A stretch of 64,000 nucleotides of DNA, from the NCBI RefSeq assembly GCF_006345805.1, contig NC_043001.1:54498001-54562000 (forward strand). Reading direction: 5' to 3'. Every line of letters starts with the position of its first letter. Position 1 is the stretch's first letter. The notes under the pieces were generated by a model. It did not search any database. It saw only the letters and a program-made list of their open reading frames with translations, and was not told the DNA's origin. The stretch comes from Octopus sinensis (taxonomy: Eukaryota). The translations under genes were made by a program, and so were the position numbers. Below are positions 39,702-51,576 of the stretch, piece after piece.

Positions 39702-40563
39702 GATAGTGGTATCACACTGATGTGAAATGCATTTGTATGCAAGTAAGTACTCAGTACACTTAAGAATAATGTTTATTCGAAGTTGATTCTGTTCGAGTTA
39801 CTCCCAGTTTCCTATTCTTGTTTATATATGTGCGCCTATGCTATGACGATATATGTACGTGTTTGTATACACGTATGATATGTGTGTGTGTGTATGTGTG
39901 TAAATGTAGATGCATATGTTTTTACATGTGCATTTTTGTTTGTTATACACGTGTGCTCGTGTGCAAATATAAATAGGCACACGTGTTTAACTTGTTTATT
40001 TTTTTATTTTTGTATATGTATATATTTTTGTTGGCATATACACACATGTGTGTATATACCTATGTATATGTAACTATGTATGTGATTATGCGGAAATATG
40101 AGGCGCCACATGTTTATCTATATACACAAACCTGTTTCAGCTTGTGTTTCGTGTATCACAATATTTTGTTCTGAGTAGTGTGCTCATATATGCATGAGTA
40201 TGTGCACATACATATAAATATATATACACAAATACATGCACGTGCTCTCACACACACACACATGGGATAGGATGGTTGTTGTCACTTGTTGTGCAACCGT
40301 GCTGAACCTACTCGTCTGGTGTAAGTATAAACATACAAACATCAAGCTGCTTCTATTCTTAATACGACTTCAACCTGATTTTATCTTTGTTTTTGAGAGT
40401 GTATTATTAGAGTTGAAAAACAAATTACGACCAGATTATACCATGATACTGCAAGAACAGAATTATTGTAGAGAAAATTTACTATCTTTGGTACTTTGCA
40501 ACGTTCACCTTGGATTCCCCGAGTATACACCCCTGATATCTATCAAAATTTGTGTGTGTGTGT

Positions 40564-40619
<56 letters not shown>

Positions 40620-40749
40620 CGTGCGTGCGTGTGTGTGTGTGAATATATATTAATACTGATTTCAAATTTTGGCACATGGCCAGCAATTTCGAAGGAGGGG
40701 ATAAGTCTATTATATTGACCCTAGTTCTCAACCACGAGAAAGAACTGAA

Positions 40750-41150
40750 GGCGGCGAGCTGGCAGACACGTTAGCACGCCGGGCGAAATAATAAGCAGTA
40801 TTTCGTCTGCCGTTACATTCTGAGTTCAAATTCCGCCGAGGTCGACTTTGCCTTTCATCCTTTCGGGGTCGATAAATTAAGTACCAGTTACGCACTGGGG
40901 TCGATATAATCGACTTAATCCGTCAGTCTGTCCTTGCTTGTCTCCTCTGTGTCTAACCCCTTGTGGGTAGTAAAGAAATAGGTATTTCGTTCGTCTTTCC
41001 ATTCTGAGTTCGAATTTCACCGAGGTCGATTTTGACTTTCTTCCTCTCGGGGTCAATAAAATAAGTTCCAGTTGAGCGCTGAGTATCGATGAATTCGACT
41101 TTTCCCCTGCCACTAGATTGCTGACATTGTACCAAAATTTGAAAACAATA
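40750..41150 (+). mobile_element. SINE family B, young copy fused to an older headless body
   Basis: Same architecture as 31672; junction AAATAGG|TATTTCG at 40982/40983. Confidence 0.9.
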
Positions 41151-41393
41151 TTTCGAGGAAGATTTTAAAGTTAAATATTATTAATCATTGAAAAACAATT
41201 TTTAAAAGAATGACGCAAACGTTTTGAAAGGAAGTTTTCATATTGTTTAAGCGCTTTCGGTGTTTTCAACTTTTCAAACACTTGTGTGAAAAAAGCAGAT
41301 GCGCTTACGCAGTACGAAACATTTCAAAACGTCTGGGTGGGCTGATGTATAGATTTTTTTCTCTAATTCACTATTTTAATCTTCTTACAACAG

Positions 41394-41495
41394 GAAGAAC
41401 TGAAAGAGTCCATTCGAAAAAAACTAGAAGCTCTACAAGTGGTCAAACAAACCATTGAACGAGAGACCAAAGATATCAATAATTTAGGAGAAAAG
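41394..41495 (+). CDS. shroom: Shroom-like protein, coding exon C (start of ASD2/SD2 domain)
   Basis: Acceptor CTTCTTACAACAG|, donor AAG|GTGGGT, phase 0/0; EELKESIRKKLEALQVVKQTIERETKDINNLGEK matches the SD2 start pattern EELI.SI.KKL.....N..LG. Confidence 0.88.
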
Positions 41496-41775
41496 GTGGG
41501 TTTCGAAACATTCTTTATTCATCCTAAAACAAAATTCCTTGTAGTGGTGGAGATGATGATAATGTCGATGATAATAGCGACGATGATGGTGAGAATAGCC
41601 ATTACTATTATGATTATGAAGGCGGTGAACTGGCAAAATTCTGAGTATAAATATCAACGAGATCAGCTTTGCCTCTCGTCATTTCAGGGTCGATAATATA
41701 AGTCCCAGTTGAGAGCTAGATTCAATGTAAGACCCCACACTACAAATTTCAGGCCTCGTGCCTTTAGTAGAAAGG

Positions 41776-41828
<53 letters not shown>

Positions 41829-41880
41829 TATTATTATTATTATCATTATTATTATTATTATTATGTTGTTGTTGTTGTTG
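41776..41880. repeat. (CAT)n(TAT)n(GTT)n compound microsatellite
   Basis: Direct reading. Confidence 0.95.
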
Positions 41881-43106
41881 TTTGTATGTATCTTCAATTT
41901 AATGCGATTAAATAACATTCTTGTACAAAAAATAGCTATAGCGTTTAAAAATAGTTTCTCTGCTTTGCCTGTAGAGACTGGCTTATTATATGATTTATAA
42001 ACATAACATTAATCATATAACACCAAAATCTGATATTACCATCTATAAATATAAAATATAGATGCACAATAAACACTCTGTGTTGCACGTTTGAAAGTGA
42101 AATGTGTTTCTCGAAATTGCATACTTTTAATCCAGCATTTATATACAAAAACAAACTTGTATCTCATTTTGAAGGTTTCACTTTCGATACAAACCTCTTT
42201 ATGATAGCTCATCTGTCCTGCTTTCTTTTAGTTTGGATTTTGTTTTATTTTATTGTTAATATTTTCCTCAATCTAACGATAGCCTTGCTCGCAATATATC
42301 TTGTCACTGAAGACTGGGATTGTTATTTGTTTGGCCTACATTCTTGGCAATAATATTTCTAAGAGACCCTCCCTCGTATCACAATATTGTCAGTGTCATT
42401 GCAAGTAGGGTTAATGCACCGTAGGGCAAACAGAATTGAAAAATTGACGAACGCTTATCTAGCTCGCAATACGTAATCCATTTCTTTCTGTAGGAAGAGT
42501 TTGAAGGGGGAAGTGCTCAAGCATGCCTTTGTGGTTAAAAATTTCGCTTTCAAAAATGTGGTTCCAAGTTCGACCCCACTGAAAAATAATTGATCAATTG
42601 TCTTCTACCATAGCCTCCCGTTGACCAATTCTTTATGTAATCTGGAAACCTAAGATTGTAAGGAATTTCGTTGTATATATTTTTTAATACATATATTAAT
42701 ATAAATATGTCTCACGATGGCGAGCCGGCAGAATCGTTAACACGCCGGACAACATGTTTAGCGAGGTTTCTCTTGGCATCACTCGTAAAATAGCTATTTT
42801 CCTCTTTAACAATTGTATAGATTAAACTTAATTCACTGGTAACGAAATCTGACGTTATGATCATTAAATAGTAAATTAGCCGCTAACACATAGTGTGTAA
42901 GAAATTTTTTATTCATTAGAATTATGCTCATAATGAGGGAAGAAAAACAGAAGAAACAACTCAAGAATTTTAATTATAAGTAGAATGTAGTGGAGGATAT
43001 GACTTTATTTTTTCCAGTACGCGACATTGTGACATCTACATGCGTCTTTGGTTTTATTAAACCTCATCAGCGAAGCAAATTTACACTTTATTATAGTGAT
43101 ACGCTA

Positions 43107-43152
<46 letters not shown>

Positions 43153-43223
43153 CGCGCGATGGGGGAGACGTTCATTTATGAAGTAGTTCTGTCTTTTCCC
43201 TGCAATTTAATATGATTTATAAA

Positions 43224-43410
43224 CTGGCGAGCTGGCACACCGGGCTTTGCAGCATTTTGTTCATCTTCATGTTCTGAACTCATTCTGCCGAGGTCGACTT
43301 TGACTTTCATCCTTTCTGGGTCGATAAAATAAGTGCCAATCGAGCACTAGGGTCGATGTAATCATCTTATCCCTCCCCTGAAATTACTGATCTTGTGCCA
43401 AAATTTGAAG
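43224..43410 (+). mobile_element. SINE family B copy just upstream of the exon D acceptor
   Basis: GGCGAGCTGGCAC...GAGGTCGACTTTGACTTTCATCCTTT...TTGTGCCAAAATTTGAA. Confidence 0.8.
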
Positions 43411-43440
43411 TCAATTTAATATGGTTTGTTTTGTTTGCAG

Positions 43441-43602
43441 ATCCTTAATTCTTTGGAAGAACTGTGTGATAATCCACAAGAGAAAAACAAATATCGAGCT
43501 TATATTGAAGATTTACTCATGGTTATGCGATTGTTAATGAAATTATCAGTTCTGCTCGCCAGGGCAGAAAATTCAGCCAATTGTGCCGACGAAACACGAA
43601 GG
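43441..43602 (+). CDS. shroom: Shroom-like protein, coding exon D (ASD2 core)
   Basis: Acceptor TTTGTTTTGTTTGCAG|, donor AGG|GTAAGT, phase 0/0; ELCDNPQEKNKYRAYIEDLLMVMRLLMKLSVLLARAEN aligns to SD2 C.P.E..KY..FI.DL..V..LLLSLSGRLARVEN. Confidence 0.9.
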
Positions 43603-43994
43603 GTAAGTACTTAAAGTTTGACGTCCAATTTGCAATATGGATAAGTATGAATTAATAAATTCATACTTATCCATTGGTGTCTTCTGCATGAAGGACTTAC
43701 AGTTAAGAGTCTGCTTACGGAATGTTGGGTGCCAAAAAGAATTTGTAATCAGTTAGAATTACAGATGTCTTCCTTGTCACGTTGCGTCTCTGAAAATATT
43801 GCGTGACGTGGAAATCTGCATACACGATACGTTCACCAGCTTATATATATATATATATATATATAAGAAATTAAAAAGGGAAATACGCACACTTACATAG
43901 TTTTAATATAATCTTTAATATATCGACCGGTTTCGCTATCGCTATTCATGATAATATGTTTTATTTATTTGAATATATATTTTTTCTTAAGAAG

Positions 43995-44054
43995 AAATTT
44001 GGTCCATGTTGTGTGATATATATATATATATATGTATATGTATATATATGTATG

Positions 44055-44088
<34 letters not shown>

Positions 44089-44238
44089 TATGCATGTATA
44101 TATATGTATGTATATATATATGTATGTATATAAATGTTTGTATGTATATGTATGTATATATATATGTATGTATATAAATGTTTGTATGTATATATATATA
44201 TATATGAATGTATGTATATATATGTATGTATATATATG

Positions 44239-44269
<31 letters not shown>

Positions 44270-44305
44270 GTATGTATATATACATATATGTATGTATGTA
44301 CGTAT
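43995..44305. repeat. (AT)n/(ATGT)n compound microsatellite
   Basis: Direct reading. Confidence 0.95.
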
Positions 44306-44607
44306 AATATGGAAGTCAATAGAATATGGGTTTCGCAAGATTTCCAAGAAGGAAATGATATCCTAGTGCAGAGAATATGTGTATGCATGATTAGGAGAAA
44401 AGTCAACTAGAATTAGGATTTGAAGATTTTCACCTGGATTTGAAGTACCATTTTCTGAGTTTAACAGTCAATAACACAAAGTGTGTTTATTTCAGGCAAT
44501 ATTCTCATTCTCATGTCACGTATCCCATCTTCAGAATATAGCTGACATTGCAATTAGAGCTTAAATTCATATTATTTCATATTTATTTTCAATCACTAAT
44601 TTAGTAC

Positions 44608-44666
<59 letters not shown>

Positions 44667-45125
44667 AAATTATTTATGAATTTAACCTTTAAAGGTATTT
44701 TTTGATATGCTGGCCATTGATAAAATTTTTTTCCCAAAAAAATTTTTATCCTACATTAGTTATATATAAATATATGTAGATAGATAGATAGGCATCCTCT
44801 GCATTACGGTTACCCCAGGTCCCCGGATTTCGCACACCTGGAAATCGTTAACTAATACCATTAATTTCGAGATGCGGTCTGTAATTTTACTCTCATGGAA
44901 GCTTGTATAGCATGATTTTAAATTGTTAACAATTTAAAATTGCACTTTCTTCTTAGCTGAATAGCGACTTGCGTTTTAGTTAAGATCCAAGTATGTAGTT
45001 AACGATTTGAAAACTATCATTACGTTACACAGATACACACATGAAAATCAATAAGAAATTTAATTTTGCATTACGGCCAGATATCCAGGAACGTAATATT
45101 TCGGTAAAGTGAGGTTTTCATATAC

Positions 45126-45163
<38 letters not shown>

Positions 45164-45491
45164 TATCATTATTATTATTATTATTAGTAGTAGTATTAGT
45201 AGTAGTAGAGTAGTAGTAGTAGTAGTAGTAGTAGAGTAGTAGTAGTAGTAGTAGTATATAAATAGAGGATAAGTACTGGTTCAGATATTCTTCATCTGGT
45301 AATAACCATTTCTAACAGCGACACAAAATCATGCATTGGGATGGAGCAGTTGATCAAAATCAATCACAGAAGCATTCTGTTAGATACTGATAATTATTCT
45401 ACAGAAGGTAGAGACGCAAATACTTTTAAATCTTTTGTCGCCGCCTCTATTGCAAATTGTATTTGTAAAACATAACTTCTTTCAATTTCAG

Positions 45492-45794
45492 AGACTTGCT
45501 ATTGAGAAACGAGACCGATTACACGGACAATATCAGGAAGCAAAACAGCTGAAAACTGATATCGATCGGAGGCAAGAGCCAATTGAAAGTATATTGTGTC
45601 GTTATTTGCCGGATTCTGGTATCAGAGATTTCCATCGTTATATTTTAATGAAGATCAAATTAATTATAGAACAACAAGATGTTGAAGATAAAATCTTTCT
45701 CGCACAAGAACAATTAGTTGTTGTAAAACGCAGTCTTCCAATGTCCTATTCTAATACACTTCAAAGACTTTCAAAGGATTCTGTTCCCAAATAG
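45492..45794 (+). CDS. shroom: Shroom-like protein, terminal coding exon E (ASD2 C-terminus)
   Basis: Acceptor TCTTTCAATTTCAG|; RLAIEKRDRLHGQYQEAKQLKTDIDRRQ...ILCRYL...DFHRYILMKIKLIIEQQDVEDKIFLAQEQL matches SD2 Q.EDA.ELKENLDRRE...F..MK..L.IEQRELE.KI.LG.EQL; stop TAG at 45792-94. Confidence 0.9.
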   Translation, partial: RLAIEKRDRLHGQYQEAKQLKTDIDRRQEPIESILCRYLPDSGIRDFHRYILMKIKLIIEQQDVEDKIFLAQEQLVVVKRSLPMSYSNTLQRLSKDSVPK

Positions 45795-47759
45795 TATTAT
45801 TTCTTCCCCTCCCACTGTATGTTGTTTGTTGAATCTGTTATTTAATGTTATTTGGTCCCAAGTAAACTCTGATCTGACATACTTATGAACAAAGACGTTC
45901 TATCAATAACTATCTTGCGCTTTTTTGTTGGTTTTTTTTTTTTTGCAGACAAGATGTATTTAAAACTACATTATCCTTTGATGTTCCTCCATTTTGAAAA
46001 CAATAGAATGTGATTTGATAGAGATTTCGCTGCTATTTTCAATAGCTCAAGCGATCGTGTACAGGTTTCCTCAATGGCATGTTACTAATTTTGTTGTTGT
46101 TGTTGTGTGGACTCAGTTCAACCCTGACCTATGATCAAAGACGTTCTAGTCTTGACTATCCGACAGTGCCTGTCTAAGTCTGAATTATGCAATATACTTT
46201 CTTCTATATGGCGAAAAACGTGTCATTTGAATGAAATTTGACTGGTTGCAATTTCTAGTTAAAAGAGCAATCAGGTTGACGTCACCCCGTTGGATTGTGG
46301 TTGCTTGTTTGTGTGTGAGCGTTTGATTGTGTGCGTGCGTGTGCATGTTAGTGAGTGATCATTGGTGGTCTCAGAATCAATGAAGTTTATAGATGGATTA
46401 GAGAGATCGCTCTACTAACTACTATTCACCCTATGGGTGTCATTTACTATATAAATTCACCACTTTGTACTATGTATGTATGTATATCACCTTGTTTCGC
46501 ATTTATGTGCTTACTCTGGTGTACATGTATGTATATAGATGCATGTATACATGCACGTGTGTGTACATGTGAGTATGTGTACACATACACACGCACACAC
46601 ACTATGCCGTATGGAAATCTCTTTTACAATGGGTGCTTGTTGTAGCTATCAAATGACATACATTGCTATTTATGCGTGGAGAGAGTACATAGATAATTTT
46701 CATAGCAATATGCCTATATTTATGTGTGAGAGCATGTAAGTGTGTCTGATGAAGAGGGGTGTAAGATACAAGGACGCCAGTCAAAGATAATCACCAGAAA
46801 CTGAAGAAATTATTGTTTGGTCTGGTTCGGTTGAAACACATCTCACTTGCAATGTCTTCTTTATGTTTTAAAAATAGGAAAATTAATAGACACTATAGCC
46901 AAAAAGGAGGCACAAGTAAAACGAGAGACTCAGTCTTCGGTTGCCTGACAGCTCTAATAATAATTTCTTTATTGGTGACAAGGGCGTGTAATAGTGTTAA
47001 TCATAAGAAGCATAAATTGTGATATAGACGTGTGCCGTGAATCACGTCTCGTATATCAATTAAGATATCTAATTCTCATTGGCTCGTTTCAACTAACTGC
47101 TTAAAGATGCCGTATGGAGGCGCATTACATTCTCCATAAGAGGCAAAGGCGTGTAGATCAGTTGTGAACAATCTACGGCCCACGGGACTTTCTGAATGGC
47201 ACGGATAACAAAAACTTACGTTAAATGTATTTTGGAGTGCGGCTCGCGAGATTATGAGCCATGTCTCATGCGGCCTGATTCTGGGGAAAGGTTCCCCATG
47301 CCTGGAAAAGATGACGAGTATCCTTGACTTGCTGTAAATTGTTAGCACAAGTCCTATAGTGGACATTATCTGCATAAGGCTAACGTCCTTGGCAGAATAA
47401 AAAAAAAGCTTCTCAATCTCACTTTCTCCCCTTACTCTCTCTTTCTCTTTCTCTCTCTCTCCTTCTACCCAAATAGTCTCTAAAATCTGGAGTAACCACC
47501 AACACACGGTTGGTGGTTCATTCTGGTAAAAGAACGCAAATAGAAATGGAAATTTACTTCAAGCAGAGCGGTGGTGGTGTATATGCCTATTTAGATATAT
47601 GTTCAATTGTAATTATAAATGTGAGAGTATGAGTGGATACGTAAGTACAGTACCGGATCTAATGCGTGTATGTGCATGTGATTGGCTATATATATAAATA
47701 TTGAATGTTATAAATGAAGTATGAATGTATCTCCATTTCTATGTACAAATTGTGCAATA

Positions 47760-47803
<44 letters not shown>

Positions 47804-47992
47804 TAGGCGATGAGCTGGCAGGATCGTTACTGCGCCGGACAAAATGCTTAGCGTCATTTGTTCCGGCTCTTTACGTTCTGACTTCACATTCCGCCAGAGT
47901 CAACTTTGCCTTTCACCCTTTCAGGGTTGTGGAGTAATTGACTAGCACCCTCCCAACAAATTTAAGGCCTTGCGCTTTTAGTAGAAAGAAAA

Positions 47993-48025
<33 letters not shown>

Positions 48026-48484
48026 GAACACTTGAAAATTACATGAAGAAAAATAATTAAATCACCAAACACCAGAATTTTAATGTCTTGTGTAGTTTTT
48101 TTTTTTTTTTTCAATCAACTATATAATCTTCTGAAAGCTTTGTTAATTTTCGACAACGTATGTTTTTCAGTACAAGATGGATTTCTTTGAATTTCAGGAT
48201 CAAGCTGCTTGAATCGATAAAGTCCAGTTCTCTGGAATTTGAACATCCGTTCGTGAGTGACGCAACTTAACGCAGGGAGGGAATTCCAGAGGAGTTCATT
48301 TCCGTAGATGATCTCTAACACAGAGTATTGTTTGAGAAAGTATGTCTAATACTTTTTAGTGCATTTAACTTGCACTTTTCTGTAACAGTCGTTTCCACCG
48401 TCCTATGCCAGTATCTGTATGTGGTTAACAGTTTTAATGTGACAAGTATTAGACTTGTATTTCTAAACAGTATCATGTAAGATA

Positions 48485-49425
48485 GTCTTCATAAATGACT
48501 TGCCCGACGACCTCACGCAACACACCCTTCTATTTGCCGACGATATCAAACTGGTCGCTCCTCGCGGTAGTATAGAGGATCTTCGTCGATGCCTCCACCA
48601 AATTTGGAAGTGGTCTAACGATTGGGACCTGTGTCTGAACGTGTCAAAGTGCTGTCATCTGCCTGTCGGCTCTACTCCTGCAACTCAACTTGATTTCGAG
48701 CCGGGTCGTCTGCTGCTGGAGAGGACCGATCAGGTAAAGGACCTGGGTATCTTGGTGGATTCCTCCTTTTCGCCTTCGGCCCAGTGCGTCCATGCTGCCA
48801 ACAAAGCGCGCGGAATTCTGTTTTTGATTCGACGGTCATTCGGAATGCTCACAGCAGCCATATTCCTGCCACTCTATGTCACGCTGGTGAGACCCATATT
48901 GGAGTATGGGATTCAAGCCTCTTCTCCTTATCTCCTCAAAGACATACAGCACCTCGAAAGAGTCCAGAGGCTGGCTACCCGCATGGTTCATGGTCTCAAA
49001 AATGTGTCCTACGAAGAAAGGCTGAGGACGCTCGACCTTTGTTCTCTTGAAAAACGCCGCCGCCGTGGTGATCTCATTCTCGCCCACAACATCATAAGCG
49101 GGAAGTGTAACCTCTCGAAAGAGCTGTTCTTCACTCCTGCTCCGGAGCGTCGGCTGCGGGGTCAATCCGAAAAGCTCTACCTGCGACGATTTCATCTCAA
49201 TCGAAGGAGAGGAGCTTTCTCCGTCCGGGTTGCGGATCCGTGGAACAAGCTGCCAGACGAGATGGTGAAGATGCCGACGACCGCTTTGTTCAAAGCCTCC
49301 CTGGACCTCAAGTGGCCTGAACTCTTTACATGAACACCACCCTGTACTTAACTCCATGTCCCCCTACATGGCCTTGCTATTTGCTTTTGAGCCAAATTAA
49401 CTAACTAACTAACTAACTAACTAAC
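48485..49425 (+). mobile_element. 5'-truncated, apparently young CR1-clade LINE
   Basis: Stop-free VFINDLPDD...LLFADDIKL...KDLGILVD...LVRPILEYG...LERVQRLATR...LEKRRRRGDLI to stop at 49333; 3' hairpin CCATGT(6)ACATGG; (TAAC)n tail. Confidence 0.92.
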
Positions 49426-49427
49426 AT

Positions 49428-49635
49428 AAGGCGGCGAACTGGCAGAATCGTTACCGCGCCGGGCAAAATGCTTAGCAGTATTTCGTTCGCCTTTATGCTC
49501 TGAATTCAAATTCCGCCGAGGTCGACTTTGCTCTTCATCCTTTCAGGAATGATAAAATAAGTACCAGTTGAATACTGAGTCGATGTAATCGTCTTAACCC
49601 GAAATCACTGGCCTTGTGCCAAAATTTGAAACAAT
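49428..49635 (+). mobile_element. SINE family B copy abutting the CR1 tail
   Basis: AAGGCGGCGAACTGGCAGAATCG...GAATTCAAATTCCGCCGAGGTCGAC...TTGTGCCAAAATTTGAAAC. Confidence 0.85.
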
Positions 49636-49964
49636 ATGGCAAGTATCACACATATTTTCAAACAATATTATGAAACGCACAGTCTTTACGCATATGACAC
49701 AGTCTGTCACTACACATAAACAACACATAACTAAGCCCTCGATGCTTGTCTCAGAATCTTTCATGATCTTTCATGTTGAAAGATCACAAAGTCTAGATAA
49801 AAAAGCCGATGAAACGATAAATAAATAAAATATAATGATTTGTATGCAAGTTTTTACTTTTCCTAGCTACTTTTTTCCTCACCACGTGAAAAGGGCCAGT
49901 GTTGACCAAATTCTCGCAAGAAGAATTTAGCAAACAGAAACTATATGAGGCTCTATCAGAGGGA

Positions 49965-50356
49965 TTGATAGCCCCACAAGCGGGCCTACCAAATGAAGAG
50001 AAGGATCACTTTTATGATATTCTTCTGCAGGCTACCTCAAAGATGAGTGATAATGATATCATTTTTGTAGCAGGAGATTTTAATGGACATGTCGAATAAC
50101 AATATGGTATCTTCCATAGTGTACATGAAAGCCATGGAGTTGGTACCAAAAATGAAGAGGGAACTAGGCTCCTGGAGATTTGAGATGCAAATAACCTATT
50201 GATCTGCAACACAAACTTCAGGAAGCCAGCTAGCCTATCTATCAGATGACTCTGCTAGCCAGATCGATTTCATTCTCACCAGACAGCGGGATGCATGGTG
50301 GCTCTTAAATACAAAAACCCTCCCTGGTGAAGAATGTACCCTCAACATAGACTAGT
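49965..50356 (+). mobile_element. RTE-clade LINE APE endonuclease fragment
   Basis: APQAGLPNEEKDHFY...VAGDFNGHV...NEEGTRLL...LICNTNFRK...SQIDFIL...QHRLV, with stops. Confidence 0.85.
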
Positions 50357-51550
50357 GATCTTGGCATAGTTGGAAAATTGGGAGAATGGCTTCATGACTT
50401 TCTGAAGGATAGAAGTCAGGTTGTAGTAGCCAATGGGGCCACCTCCAATGACACGCATATAGTGAGCGGTGTTCTGCAAGGCACTGTTTTGGGACCACTA
50501 CTGTTCATAATGGCCCTCTCAGACATGCCCTCATCCACGCAGAGAGCCACGATCACAAGTTATGCAGATGATACAAAAGTTTCACAGGTAATGCAGAACC
50601 CTGAAGACACTATGCACCTGCAATGTCAGCTGGACAAAATATACAAGTGGGCTGAAAAGAATAGCATGCAGTTCAATGCTGAAAATTTTCAAGCTTTATG
50701 CTATCAGCATGCAAAACTAAATGCAATACCCAATAAATACACTGGACCTGGATGGATTGCAATCCCAGTGGCACAATCAGTGCGAGACCTGGGTATTTAC
50801 ATGAGTAATGCTGCAACATTTCATGTGCATGTTGCTAAATTGGCAATGAAGTGTAGGCAGCTGACCGGATGGATTCTTAGAGCTTTTAGAACAAGAGACC
50901 AGGAAACCATGATGGTCCCCTAGAGGACGCTTGTCCTAAGCCATTTTGACTATTGCTTTCAGCTATGGTCACCAACCAGAGACAAATTAATCTCAGAACT
51001 TGAGGCAATCCAACGAAGCTACACGAAGAAGCTAGCCTCTATGCAGCATATAAGCTATTGGGAAAGACTCAAGAGATTAAGACTCTATTCCTTAGAGCGC
51101 AGGCGAAAAAGATATGTCATAATATACATCTGGAAGATCCTAGAAGGACTTGTCCCAAACTTTGGCATCAAGAGTTACACAAATACAAGAACTAGGCGCC
51201 ACTGCATAGTGCCAAGCACTCCAAATTTGCCATCAAGATGTAGGACAAGATACTGCGATAGCCTGGGCTTCGGAGGTCCACAGCTCTTCAATATCCTCCT
51301 GAAGGACCTGAGAGACCTGCATGGGGTGGATGCAGATGTCTTCAAAATAAAGCTGGACATCTTCCTGTCAGGTGTCCCAGACGAACCAACTTCACGGCAG
51401 GAGGTGCAGATGAGGGCAGCTGCATCAAACTCTCTCATGCACCAAATGTCAATTGCTAAAAAGCATTCGTGAAGTAAAATCATGTAGCAACACCCGAATG
51501 GCGGTGCCCCAGCATGGCCACAGCTCGTGAGCTGAAACTAGATGAAATGC
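50357..51550 (+). mobile_element. 5'-truncated CR1-clade LINE (RT C-half plus 3' UTR), distinct from the 48485 family
   Basis: WLHDFLKDRSQVV..SGVLQGTVLGPLLF...SYADDTK...RDLGI...DYCFQLWSP...YSLERRRKRY; one in-frame TAG at 50921-23; stop at 51472. Confidence 0.9.
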
Positions 51551-51576
51551 AAAATATATATATATATATATATATA

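Noticed and set aside
43045-43076. Minus-strand CTGATGA-GGTTT(AATA)AAACC resembling a hammerhead
   Set aside because: Followed by AAAG rather than GAAA, and no stem I partner.
46745-46805. CTGATGAAGAG...GAAAC
   Set aside because: No stem II or stem I complementarity.
47076-47507. 143-aa minus-strand ORF
   Set aside because: Starts in a GA repeat and has no recognisable motif; may overlap a decayed LINE that I cannot classify.
48784-49357. Alternative-frame and antisense ORFs over the CR1
   Set aside because: Shadow ORFs of a GC-rich RT coding sequence.
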